A DNA stretch of 49,641 bases from Stramenopiles sp. TOSAG23-3 (lineage: Eukaryota): NCBI GenBank assembly GCA_900128585.1, contig LT642164.1, positions 1-49,641 of the forward strand. Reading direction: 5' to 3'. How positions within the stretch are numbered: the stretch's first letter is position 1; the number at the start of each line of letters is the position of its first letter. Positions 1 through 10,385 of this stretch are shown in pieces. The notes beneath the pieces were generated by a model that was not told the origin of the DNA, searched no databases, and saw only the letters and a program-made list of their open reading frames with translations. Made by a program: the position numbers and the translations under genes.

Positions 1-1
1 A

Positions 2-1288
2 AATTATTTCTAACGGCTTGTCTTTGCAAAAGGGGTGTTTGGACTTATGAGCTTCGTACAACTGTTCAATCCTGGTGAGGTATTCTTTATGGTAATACTG
101 AACAACAAAGTCGCTTGGGTCAGGGATTTTCGGAAGATCCATCGGTTTCCCGCACACTACGTTCAGAGGAACTTGAAGGGGGATTAAAGTGGGGCCACGA
201 CCTCGAAAAAGAACAAGGGACATTCGAAACTTACGGGACATCCGCTCGCGGAGTCGTTTGAACCATCGGTATATCACAAACGTGTTGTTTTCCCCAAAAC
301 CGTACACGGGGACGACGCTTCGCCCGTGCTTCAGGGCCATGCGTATAAAACCGAAGCGTGCCTTCAAGTACAAGACCTCTTTGTCCGGGTGGTATTTGGT
401 CATTTCGGCAATGCCGCCGGGCACAACCACCAGATCGTACTCCGTGCCGCACGCTTCTTCCAGGCTCTTTTTGCTTGCCGGGATAAATCCAAAGTAAGAG
501 AACAAGGTCCCGACTATTGGAATGTGAAGCAGGGCATTTGCAACGCCGACCAAGACCCCCGCTGAGTCGGGAAAGTGTGCCTTGAAGCCAGACGTATCCC
601 CGAACACAAAGTTGAAAATCCCAAACGCATACACACCGTGAGGATGATAGCAAAACATGTACTTCTTCCGGTTTCCCCGCTTTCCTTTTTTTCTGTTTGC
701 CACCGACGTCTTGCGCGGCTTTCTAGTAGAGAACGACAGCGTCATAGGGAAGTATTCAAAGATGGGCGAGGAGTGCTGGTCGAACCAGGAAACGCAGCGC
801 TCCCACCGGTGTATGTAGTTCCCACGGTCCCACAGCACTTCCCCTTGCACAAACATCAATACGCCAACCGCAAGGGCCCACCAAAAACTGAATACCGCGA
901 CCGCAATCGTGATAAAAAATGCGTGCCATGGCAGCAAAAACAACGCCCACGCTTGCAGAAATTTGTGCTTGTCGAAAAAGAACAAGTAGATGAAGAGCAT
1001 CAGTAGGGAGGCGGGGAAAATGAGAAAGACTTGGAAGGGTGCTGTCAAAACGTAGACCGGCCAAAAGCTCAACAACAAAAAACCCGTAAAGATAACCGTC
1101 ATAAACAGCGGGACCAACAGCTGGTACGCTTGTATTTGCTCCGATCCGCCGCCAAAGCTTGATCGCCGTGTAATCGTACCTGGAGCACTCGAAGTAATCA
1201 AACCATTCCCCTCTTTTTCAGAAACAGTGTCGACACCTCGTGCCCTCCGCTTTACCCGTTTCGACTTTTTCCTCTTTCTAGTTGGCAT
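2..1288 (-). CDS. DGAT2: Diacylglycerol O-acyltransferase type 2 (DGAT2/MGAT family); stop codon lies beyond the window edge
   Basis: Hand translation from the ATG at 1288 (MPTRKRKKSK...) stays open for 429 codons to the window start. It has N-terminal hydrophobic segments and the DGAT2 motifs YFP, YMFCYHPHG, VPGGIAE, RFGFIRMALKHG..VVPVYGFGEN and PLNVVCGKP, ending ...KPLEII. It is absent from the ORF track because it has no stop inside the window. Confidence 0.93.
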   Translation of the reverse strand, partial: MPTRKRKKSKRVKRRARGVDTVSEKEGNGLITSSAPGTITRRSSFGGGSEQIQAYQLLVPLFMTVIFTGFLLLSFWPVYVLTAPFQVFLIFPASLLMLFIYLFFFDKHKFLQAWALFLLPWHAFFITIAVAVFSFWWALAVGVLMFVQGEVLWDRGNYIHRWERCVSWFDQHSSPIFEYFPMTLSFSTRKPRKTSVANRKKGKRGNRKKYMFCYHPHGVYAFGIFNFVFGDTSGFKAHFPDSAGVLVGVANALLHIPIVGTLFSYFGFIPASKKSLEEACGTEYDLVVVPGGIAEMTKYHPDKEVLYLKARFGFIRMALKHGRSVVPVYGFGENNTFVIYRWFKRLRERMSRKFRMSLVLFRGRGPTLIPLQVPLNVVCGKPMDLPKIPDPSDFVVQYYHKEYLTRIEQLYEAHKSKHPFCKDKPLEII

Positions 1289-1554
1289 TATTGAAAGAAT
1301 AAACAACCGTCCCTCGTTCCGTAATCTCAATAAAGTAAGTAACAAATAGTCTGCTCTCATATTATATTTGTTTAAATAATACCCTTCCAATTTCCAAACA
1401 CACGTATATATACATACATATTACCCTTATCGATTTCAATTCCTTTTTTTCAACTAAACCATACCCATGGTGGTGGTGGTGGATTATTATATTATTTATA
1501 TTTATAGACTAATAAGCCTATTAGCTATTATTATTATTAATAATTTTTTATACG

Positions 1555-1700
1555 AGGAGAAGGAAGAAGAAAGAAGAAAGAAAGAAAGAAGAAAGAAAGA
1601 AAGAAAGAAAGAAGAAAGAAAGAAAGAAAGAAAGAAAGAAGAAAGAAGAAAGAAGAAAGAAGAAAGAAGAAAGAAGAAAGAAGAAAGAAAGAAGAAGAGA
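1555..1700. repeat. (GAAA/GAA)n purine microsatellite
   Basis: Directly visible. It produces the spurious K/E/R-rich and F/L/S-rich ORFs. Confidence 0.95.
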
Positions 1701-1743
1701 TTAGAACTCACCTTGACCCCCTTCTTCCTTCTGCCGGTATAAT

Positions 1744-1753
1744 TAGTCGTCTA
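1744..1753. promoter_or_regulatory. TAGTCGTCTA motif (candidate upstream element; exact copies also at 9835, 16522, 30871 reverse and 42142)
   Basis: The exact 10-mer was seen five times, always in intergenic DNA upstream of a start codon. Confidence 0.5.
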
Positions 1754-1857
1754 ATATGATGCTGTCACCTGTCATATATGTGGTATAATAGGTGTGGTAT
1801 GTAGTTATTTATAGGCAACTATACGGAATGGGAAGTCCTCCTCGTTATATTTTACAA

Positions 1858-2040
1858 TGAGAAGAAAGAAGAAGAGGAAGAAGAAAGAGAAGATAAAAGA
1901 ACAAGATAAAAGAACAAGATAAAAGAAGAAGAAGATAAAAGAAGAAGAAGATAAAAGAAGAAGAAGTAGAAAGAAGAAAGAAGAAAGAAGAAAGAAGAAA
2001 GAAGTAGAAAGAACAGAAAGAGAAGAAGAAAACAAATGAA
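1858..2040. repeat. Degenerate (GAA)n/(AAGATAAAAG) purine-rich repeat
   Basis: Directly visible low-complexity tract. Confidence 0.9.
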
Positions 2041-2843
2041 AATAAAATATCCAAAAAAAGTAGACCGCATGCAAAGAAGTAAGAACTGCTGTCTGTCATA
2101 GTGTGACGTGTGGTCTAATAAAGTTGTAATAAAAAATTAAAATTAAGCTCAACAACAATGTTTTTGTATTAATTAGTCATGTAGTCTCTATCTCGGCTTC
2201 ATCCAATGAATAAGCTATAGAGACAGACAAAATATCATAGAAAAATAGCTCTTCGTATTTAAATTATTTAATAATACTACTACAGCATGAGCAAGCAATC
2301 ATTTTGTTTGGAACAGATATCCTCTTACTGTAGCTATGTAGATGAGTGGTAGATGAATGGTTTAAAATAAGAAGGATGCACAAGTTGGTTCGATCAATTG
2401 CAATTTAAATTACATTACATAGGAAGAAGAAGAAATCAAATGGATTTTAATTATACAGTATGAGTATGAAGGCATGATCAAATTATTACACCTATTTATT
2501 ATATACAATATATATACATAAAAATCTCAGTCCGGAGAAAAGAAAGTAGTCAGGAAGAAAGAAAGAAAGTAAAAAAGAAAAAGAAGAAAGGAAGAAGAGA
2601 AAGGAATGAAGGAAGGCAGGACTTCTTCGGTGAATTGATTTTTATTTACTTACTTCTTCTTACAATAGTTTTTTAACTAATGTAAGTACGTATTTGTAAA
2701 CGTTTCCGATGCATCTGTCTGTCTCTCTATCTTCCTTGGTGTAGATATTTGTTGGATACAGATATATACATTTTCTATAAGTATATACATTGTTGACGAA
2801 CGAACGTGCACGACAACTTCTTGTATCGTTACAGCACACCACC

Positions 2844-4421
2844 ATGGTCGTCCTCAGCGCAGCCGTTTGCACCAAGCAGGGGAAGCCCCTTCTGTCACGG
2901 CAGTTCATCAACATGCCGCGCACCCGTATCGAGGGTTTGCTGGCAGCGTTCGGTAAGCTGATTGCGGACTCCGCGGACCGCCAGCACACGTACATTGAGA
3001 CGGATAGCGTGCGCTACGTTTTTCAGTCCATGGAAACACTGTATTTACTGCTGATCACCAACAAAGCCAGCAACATCGTGGAAGACCTTCAGACCCTCCA
3101 GCTGATCTCGAAGGTTGTCCCCGAGTACTGTGGTGGAGGCATGATCTCGGAAGACGTGGTCCAAAAGAACGCGTTCGAGCTTATCTTTGCGTTTGACGAA
3201 GTCATCTCGCTGGGGTACCGGGAGAACGTAACCATACAACAGATCCGGGCGAACCTGGAAATGGACAGTCACGAGGAGACCTTGCACAACATGATCGAAG
3301 CGAGCAAAATGGCAGAGGCCAAGGAGGAGGCCAAGAAGCGCGCCGCGGCCATCAAGAAAGAGCAGCGTGAACGGGCAAAGTCGGGCATCAGCAGCAAAAC
3401 GATGGTTGGTATTGGGAGCGATTCCGTTTCGAGCATGACTGGTTTTGGAAGTGGCTCCGTGAACGATTCGACTCCGGATTACGAAGAAGAGCCGGAGCCG
3501 GTGCGGGCCAAGCCGAAGAAGCGGGGCAAGGGCTTGAAATTAGGCATCAAAAAGAAGAAGAACTCGTTCTTGTCGAAGATGAAGAAGGAGGATGGCCTCC
3601 GAGACATCAAGACCCCGAAAGCGGAAGAGGAAGAGGGAGAAGACGCCGCCCCATCGGGGCCGGAGGAGCACGCGGGTGTCATGGTGGAAGAGAAACTGAA
3701 CATCTCCATGAAAAGCGATGGCAGCATCGACGTCTTGGAAGTGAAGGGCACGCTGTCGATTGTAAGCCACGACGCCAGCTGTGGGAAAATCCGCGTGCAG
3801 TTAGACCCCGACACGGTTGCTGCCGCGGGAGACGCCGGGTTCCAGTTCAAGTCGAACCCGAACATGTCCAAGCCGGAGTTCGTTAAAAACTCACTGCTGT
3901 GCCTCAAGGCAAAGAACCGTGATTTCCCGCTGGGAAAGCCCACCACGGTGTTGCGATGGCGGTTTTCTTCGTCGGATGACTCGGACGTGCCGTTTACAAT
4001 TAACTCCTGGCCGGAGCCAGGGAACAAAGGGATGATGAGCGTCAACGTGGAATATTCGTTAGAACGGGAAGACCTCACCTTGCAAGGAACTCAAATTATT
4101 ATTCCGCTAGGCACCACGTCCGAGGCCCCTCAAATCACGAGCTGTGATGTTGGGTCCTACCGGCACAATTCGAGAGCTGGGCATTTGGAGTGGACCATCG
4201 ACTACATTGATGCGAGCAACGGGACTGCAAACTTGGAGTTCAATATCAAATCAGACGATGAGGAAGCGTTTTTCCCCGTGCAGGTCAATTTCAAATCAAA
4301 GAACTTGATCTCCGGATTAGCAGTTAGTAATGTAAATCTTTCCGCAGGGGACGTCCCTGATTTCAAGTTTCGCGTAGCAGAACGGTTAATGGTGGATAAT
4401 TACGTCATTGACTACGAGTAA
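2844..4421 (+). CDS. ARCN1: Coatomer subunit delta (delta-COP)
   Basis: Starts MVVLSAAVCTKQGKPLLSRQF...RIEGLLAAFGKL, contains FELIFAFDEVISLGYRENV and MDSHEE, and ends in a mu-homology domain. The ATG at 2844 is preferred over the upstream TTG. Confidence 0.96.
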   Translation: MVVLSAAVCTKQGKPLLSRQFINMPRTRIEGLLAAFGKLIADSADRQHTYIETDSVRYVFQSMETLYLLLITNKASNIVEDLQTLQLISKVVPEYCGGGMISEDVVQKNAFELIFAFDEVISLGYRENVTIQQIRANLEMDSHEETLHNMIEASKMAEAKEEAKKRAAAIKKEQRERAKSGISSKTMVGIGSDSVSSMTGFGSGSVNDSTPDYEEEPEPVRAKPKKRGKGLKLGIKKKKNSFLSKMKKEDGLRDIKTPKAEEEEGEDAAPSGPEEHAGVMVEEKLNISMKSDGSIDVLEVKGTLSIVSHDASCGKIRVQLDPDTVAAAGDAGFQFKSNPNMSKPEFVKNSLLCLKAKNRDFPLGKPTTVLRWRFSSSDDSDVPFTINSWPEPGNKGMMSVNVEYSLEREDLTLQGTQIIIPLGTTSEAPQITSCDVGSYRHNSRAGHLEWTIDYIDASNGTANLEFNIKSDDEEAFFPVQVNFKSKNLISGLAVSNVNLSAGDVPDFKFRVAERLMVDNYVIDYE

Positions 4422-4624
4422 AGTTGGCAGGACGATTTCGGGGGAATGCCTGCAGTGCAATATAGGGTCTGTCGGGTGTTTATTTGTTTTTAAATTCCTT
4501 TTGATAAAAACCGAAAGGGGTTTTTGAGTGGAGAGTAAACACAACTGTCACCGATAATAATATATATACGTTTTAAAATNNNNTAGTCATAGTCACGAAT
4601 TGACCTTACAATTGAGATAATCTT

Positions 4625-5020
4625 GAGAGTCTTAAAACATACTATATAATTAGTGTTTTTTAAATTTACTTTGTATCATACCTATATCTTATGATAGAAA
4701 ACGTATTATAACTATAATAATTTGTTTTTTCCCTTATAAAACGTATGTTTAGTAAACTTTAAAAAAACAAGAAAATTGGCTGTTATTAAACTTTAAGACC
4801 GTAACCATACGTTAAGTTTACTCCGTTAATATTTTTACGTTGCGGTTGTTGGAAGATTAAAAACGAAAAATTGGCTGTCATTTAAAGTAAATATGATAAT
4901 AAATTTTAAAACATAGTCTACTATATCATATAATTTGTTTTTATGATATTAAAATATTTGTAATTTCATGAAGAAGCTAAATTTAATTACTTAAATAACA
5001 GCCAATTTTCTTGCTTTTAA
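4625..5020. repeat. Cluster of the dispersed AAACAAGAAAATTGGCTG element (4759-4790 +, 4857-4890 +, 4979-5020 -) plus GAGAGTCTTAAAACATACTAT at 4625-4645
   Basis: Near-identical to copies at 28.5-29.2 kb, 34.8 kb and 45.1 kb. An N gap lies just before it at 4580-4583. Confidence 0.85.
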
Positions 5021-5125
5021 TTTCATAAGAGAGTAATAAATGTTTCGTTTTACTAACCACGCCTTCGCGTGCACTCTCTCACACACTCGTTTTTTTCCTA
5101 TCATATATCTTAATCTCTTGTCTTT

Positions 5126-8100
5126 TTAGAAAAGATCTTCTTCCGCGTCTCCAGAGATTGTCTGAAGTTCCTCGTATTCTGGGTGTCCCCACTCGTATGA
5201 CATGGATTGAAAATACATTAATAACTCTTGGTACGAATCACCATCGCAGTTAACACTGCCACCCTTTGCCGAATTATGCAGAAGCATAGAAGCCATCACC
5301 GCATTGCTACGTTCAGACTTTGCAAATTTCTCTCTCATGGCAGTGTACTTGACGTCCAATTCCTTTGCTTTGTTTTTTGCTGCATCGAGCTTATCCAGAA
5401 GCTTGTGCTGCTCAGACATAAGCCCGCGCTCACGTTCGCTCCCCGCCGTTGCCGATGCGCGTCCCGACACTCTTTCCAGCTGACGGTCGAGCATGGTTTT
5501 CTCCTCCACAATCTTCTTCACTAACACGGGCAAATCAACGTCTATGCTGCCCTTTTTGCCGACGCTTGGCTTTGCCTTTGGGATGTCGAATATCAATTCA
5601 AGGCGATCCATTTCCTCCCTCATACTACTTAATTTTTTCTCGTGGTTTCCTTTTATTCGTTTAATCTCCGCTCTCATACTAGCAATTAGACGGTCTTTGG
5701 CGTCGTTGTTAGGCGCGGTGGGCTTCTTCCCATATTCTTCAGAAGGTTGCACGCGCTCAGCAAACTTTTCGAAGCTCCTCTGGTCAGTAGCAAAATTCTC
5801 AGCTTCGCTGCTTTTTGATTCCACCCTTACAGCCCCGCCACCGGTTGTTTGCGTCGGGGATATCGACTTCAAAGAAAGCACATCGTCCGAGTCTGACCCT
5901 GGCCCAGGCATGGCCTGGCGAGGGGTTGCAACGTCTGTCTCCTCCATTAGCTTGACACGAGTTGATATTGAGCACACAATGTCAAACAACAGCGAAAATT
6001 TTTCGCTCAGGCCCGTGCGACTGACATGGCTGACGGTCGAAATAGAGCTCAGATGCTTATCGATACTTGGAGCAATGTTGTGGTTGTCTGGAATATTTTT
6101 CCGCCACTCCTCCAATTGGGACTTCATTTTGCTCAAAAAATGGTCGGTCTCGTTCGCGGAGGACTTCACTTGCGATTCAAGAAGTTTGGATTTTTCTTCG
6201 AGCATTTTGATCTTCTCTGCCATTGCTTCTTTTTCATCTTCTGAAGTTCGAATCTGCTTTTCCAAATTGGTTACGCTCCTCGCTTCCCGCTTGCGGGCTT
6301 CTTCCGCCTGTGCTTCCCTCTCCAAACGAACCCGCTCTTCCTCTTCGTGCCGGAGTTGAAGTCTGCGGCGGTTCGCCCTGTTTTTGGCCAGAACGATTCT
6401 TGCCCGCTTTTGCACGGTAACCGCGGCACGTTCTTGAGTACTTTTCTGTGCCCTGATTCGCTCAACTTTCCTGGTTGCAATAATTTGCCTGGCAAAACTC
6501 TGGGATACAACGGCGGCTGCTCTCTTGACTCTAAAGCGGTGCAGGGCTTTACATTTTCTCCAGAATGCTTGGATTTTTGTGCAGCGCGTATTGCTCAGGT
6601 ACTGGCTATACAACTGTTGAATCTTGCGTGCCGCTAACTTTAAACGTAACCTAGACAAGCGCTCCAATTTCTCGCTCAGCTCCCGTTTTAAAAACACTTT
6701 CGTGTTCCCGAGCTGCCATTCGTGTTTTGTGCAATGGAAGAACTCGGCAAGTTTTGCCATCAACTCTTTTACGTCGGACGCGCTGGGGCATAGGACTCGG
6801 AATCGGTGCATGAACTCTGCGTGGTCTTCCCGCATGGAATATCCCTGTTGGCGAATCCGGATCGCTTCCATCATGCCAGCGTACTTTAGCTGCATAAAAC
6901 AGTCGCTTGGTATCATATGAAAGGGAAGTTTTTCAGGGTCACCAGCCCGTTCAGTTGTTCTTTAAACTGTGCACTGACAGATTTTCCTTTCAGGCTCGTC
7001 GTCGATCTACGCCGGCTCCTTTGAGGTTTCTTTGATCGGGGCGATGGCATCGTTTTTTTCGTCTCCAACTCCGCCGCATGCGTAAAGAGCATCTTTACAA
7101 ACTTCGACGAGCTGGCCAGCATCAAATCCTTTATGTCTGTATTGAAATTTTCGCTGTTTTTCCTGCTAAATCCCGTTGCGGTGTACATTACGGTGCCGGC
7201 GTAGTGTTTAATCCCGAATATAATGTCTTTGTCCATCTTTGGGGTGACAAAATAGTCTGATGATTTCTTCTGCAAGAGAGTCGCAGCGTCCGAAAGACTC
7301 GGTCTTTTTCGTCGAGCTGCCATCAACCGTCTGACGTTGCTTTGGAGCTTCGTGCCCTTTCCGCTGCTGGTCTTTCGAGCCGCGTGGCTGGTGTTCAGTG
7401 CCGCTACGAACTTTACATTCGCCTCTTCCCCTTTCAACCGCCAGACGTCATCGAGGGCGGCGAATACACCTGGTTTTCCCCCGGGCTTTCCGTCAATAAG
7501 ATTGAGGCACACCGCATTGTCGTTAAACTGTATCTGTGACCATCTTATATTCTCTAAATCGTACAGCTTTTGCTCCACCTCAAAAATGTGTGTGTTGAAC
7601 AACCGCTGCAACTTCTCGTTCGCGTAGTTAATGCACAGCTGCTCAAACGAGTTCGTTTCAAACATTTCAAAACCAAAAATGTCCAAGAGCCCAATAAAGC
7701 GCTTCTCTGTGCCCTTCTTCTCCTGCTCCGCAATGGTTTTGTTCAGCCTTGAAACCAGCCAATCAAAAAGCGACGAGTATATGGTCTTCGCCAAGGAGTC
7801 ACGCTTGTCTAGTGCTTGCGTCGTTGTCTGTTTCTGTAAAATGCCACCGCCCACGTTCAGTTTCTTCTCCGTGAACGATCTGACTAAATCGTCGCTCTTT
7901 GCCCCTAGGCACTTTGACGCGTGCTCGACATTGCTGGACGAACTGTCCACATCTAGCAAGCAGCCTTCTCCATCTTCTAAAAAGTTTATGTTCCCCAAGT
8001 TTAAAATGCTCGCCAGGATTTCCCACACCCCAGATATTTCTTCATCCTTCAGCCCAATCAAACGCATGCACTTTTCCGTGGTTCCAAATAGTTCTGCGTC

Positions 8101-8966
8101 GTCCATCCCGTCTACGTCCACGCAATCGCTCTGGCCCAAGTAGTGGTAATCTTCGATGTCCAGCTGCAAGCCTAAGGCTGCCAAAATTTCCGGGGGCGCC
8201 CCACGCATGAGCTGGTAAAATATGTGATAATTTCGCTCGTCGTACGTCTGCCTCACAATCCTGACTTTCTCCAGGAGGTAGTTTTGGATCTTAGCCCCTG
8301 ATATTCTACCGTCCCTATTGAACTGAATTTCAATAAATTTTCCGAACCGACTGCTGTTGTCGTTTCGCAGCGTCTTTGCGTTTCCGAACGCTTCAAGGAG
8401 TGGATTCGTTCCTAAGACCCGCTCTTCTAAGCTCCCTACTTCGTCCGCGCTGTTCGTTATCCTGGTCAAGTAGCGCATGATCAATTTGACCGCCTCCGTT
8501 TTCCCTGCACCACTCTCCCCGCTGATAATAATGCTCTGGTTCTGCGGCTTGCCATGCGCCAGGAGATCTTTGTAAGCATCGTCCGCGGTTGCGAAGACGT
8601 GCGGGGGCATGTCGCCGCACCTCTTGCCTTTGTAACCCATCATCGTGGCCGCCGAATCGCGCTCCTCGTCCCATGGTCTTCGAATCGCTTGCGCAGGGTG
8701 TATATGAGCGAGTCTTCGCTAAAATCATCGAGGGACAGTATGTCTGGCACGCCCTTTAAACTAAGCGGTTTTGCTACCTTCAGGCTGGCCTCATTGACCG
8801 AATATATTTCGCCATCATCGCCCACCGTTTTTATTTGTACCAAACCATCGGAAGAAACCTTGTCGGAAAGAACCAGGGCAGGGATGCAGTCCCCAATTTC
8901 TTCCCGGTCGGACGGTGAAAACCATACCAACCTACTTTCTCCATCCTTCATCAAATCCTGAGACAT
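5126..8966 (-). CDS. Myosin heavy chain (motor, IQ motifs, coiled-coil tail), split into three frames by two deletion/frameshift junctions (~8676 and ~6937)
   Basis: Contains the P-loop GESGAGKTE, LEAFGNAKTLRNDNSSRFGKF, DIFGFE, FEQLCINYANEKLQ, HYAG and QLKYAGMMEAIRIR, then IQ-like repeats (KIQAFWR) and an E/R/K-rich coiled coil. There are no GT-AG introns at the junctions; conserved sequence is missing there rather than inserted. Confidence 0.9.
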
Positions 8967-9230
8967 TTTGTGTCCAAATATTCGGCGTTACGCCACTCTC
9001 ACACAACTACACTCGTTTTTTCAAATCCCTTACGCTCTCAACCTTTCATTCACAATGGGGGGAAATTCTCCTCCTTGTAATAATGAAACTATTTACGTTT
9101 TTATGAGAGATCGATGATACAAATATTATTTCATTATTAATTACTTTTATTCCAACACACAAAAAGAAGAAGTAAAAAAATGTATATTATATTGTATTAC
9201 TATTAACTAACAGGCAATAATAGCCGAAGC

Positions 9231-9288
9231 ATGGAAGGAAGAGGAGGAAGGAAGAGGAGGAAGGAAGAGGAGGAAGGAAGAGGAGGAA

Positions 9289-9362
<74 letters not shown>

Positions 9363-9425
9363 NNNNNNNNNNNNNNNNNNNNNNNNNNNNNNNNNNNNNN
9401 NNNNNNNNNNNNNNNNNNNNNNNNA

Positions 9426-9497
<72 letters not shown>

Positions 9498-9505
9498 AGG
9501 AAGAA
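9231..9505. repeat. (GGAAGA)n/(GAAA)n microsatellite spanning an assembly gap (N 9363-9424)
   Basis: Directly visible. Confidence 0.95.
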
Positions 9506-10385
9506 GAGCCCAACTCCTCCTCTCTCCTCTCTCCCCTCTCCCTCCTTGTTATAATTCCCGTGATGAAGAACTTTCTTTGAAGTCAAAGAATTTAAAGAAT
9601 AGGTCATAAGTTGAATAACATAAGTGAACTAGAGTAAATACACTAATTTTATAAAATATATCAAAAGTGACATAAAAAATACAGAAGTACAAAAATTTTA
9701 CAAAATTAAAATTGACACAGCATTGTAGTCGTCCTCGTTTTTATAGTAGTAGTAGTGTTACGTACTTATACTAAAATGGAGTCTATGAGTCTATATAGGC
9801 AGTAGACTAAATACGGTAAATCATCGTAGTTATATAGTCGTCTAGTATAATAGCTTCGTGGAATTAGATCTCAAACTCATCATCGTAAAACATTAAATTA
9901 TATTTATAAAATATTATCTCTCATCGATCATCTCCAAAAGTACAGTGACATTATATAATAAGTGCAAATAAGAGTGAGCTCATTCTTCAGATTTTAGATA
10001 GAACTTATTATTATTAGTCCTACTAGTCTTCTAACTACGTATACGTAAGATCTATAAATATTAATTTAGACAACAGACAACAACAGTGTTGTCTCTTCTT
10101 TCTTTTTTTTCTTTCTTCTTGTTAGTTGTTGTGATGATGATATTATAGTCGTCATCATCACCACCATTCTTCCACCATTTCAGATTTAATACTCAACAAG
10201 GAAGATGTTTTAAATCGATGAGAGGGGTGGAATAGTAATTTACATACCTATATCTTTTAACAGAATGAAAAAACATTAGGTTTCTCTTTTCGCATTGCGT
10301 ATTATCCGTTGTTACATTTTTATCATTTGACCAATAGGCTCTTCCGTTGGCAACACTTTGCACTCTTCAATTGGTTTGATTTTAA

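Noticed and set aside
189-1064. Listed short ORFs at the window start
   Set aside because: They are antisense or off-frame shadows of the DGAT2 gene (1288->2).
1467-2099. K/E/R-rich and F/L/S-rich ORFs here and at 9187-9607, 17222-17648 and 22061-22351
   Set aside because: They are microsatellite translations.
5228-6359. Long antisense ORFs inside genes (e.g. 5493..6359, 3479..4078, 7631..8143)
   Set aside because: They are Ser/Phe/Leu-rich mirror frames typical of the reverse strand of real coding sequence.
6913-8966. Introns or programmed -1 frameshifting to explain the split myosin
   Set aside because: There are no GT-AG boundaries or slippery heptamers at the junctions, and conserved residues are missing, which neither mechanism would restore.
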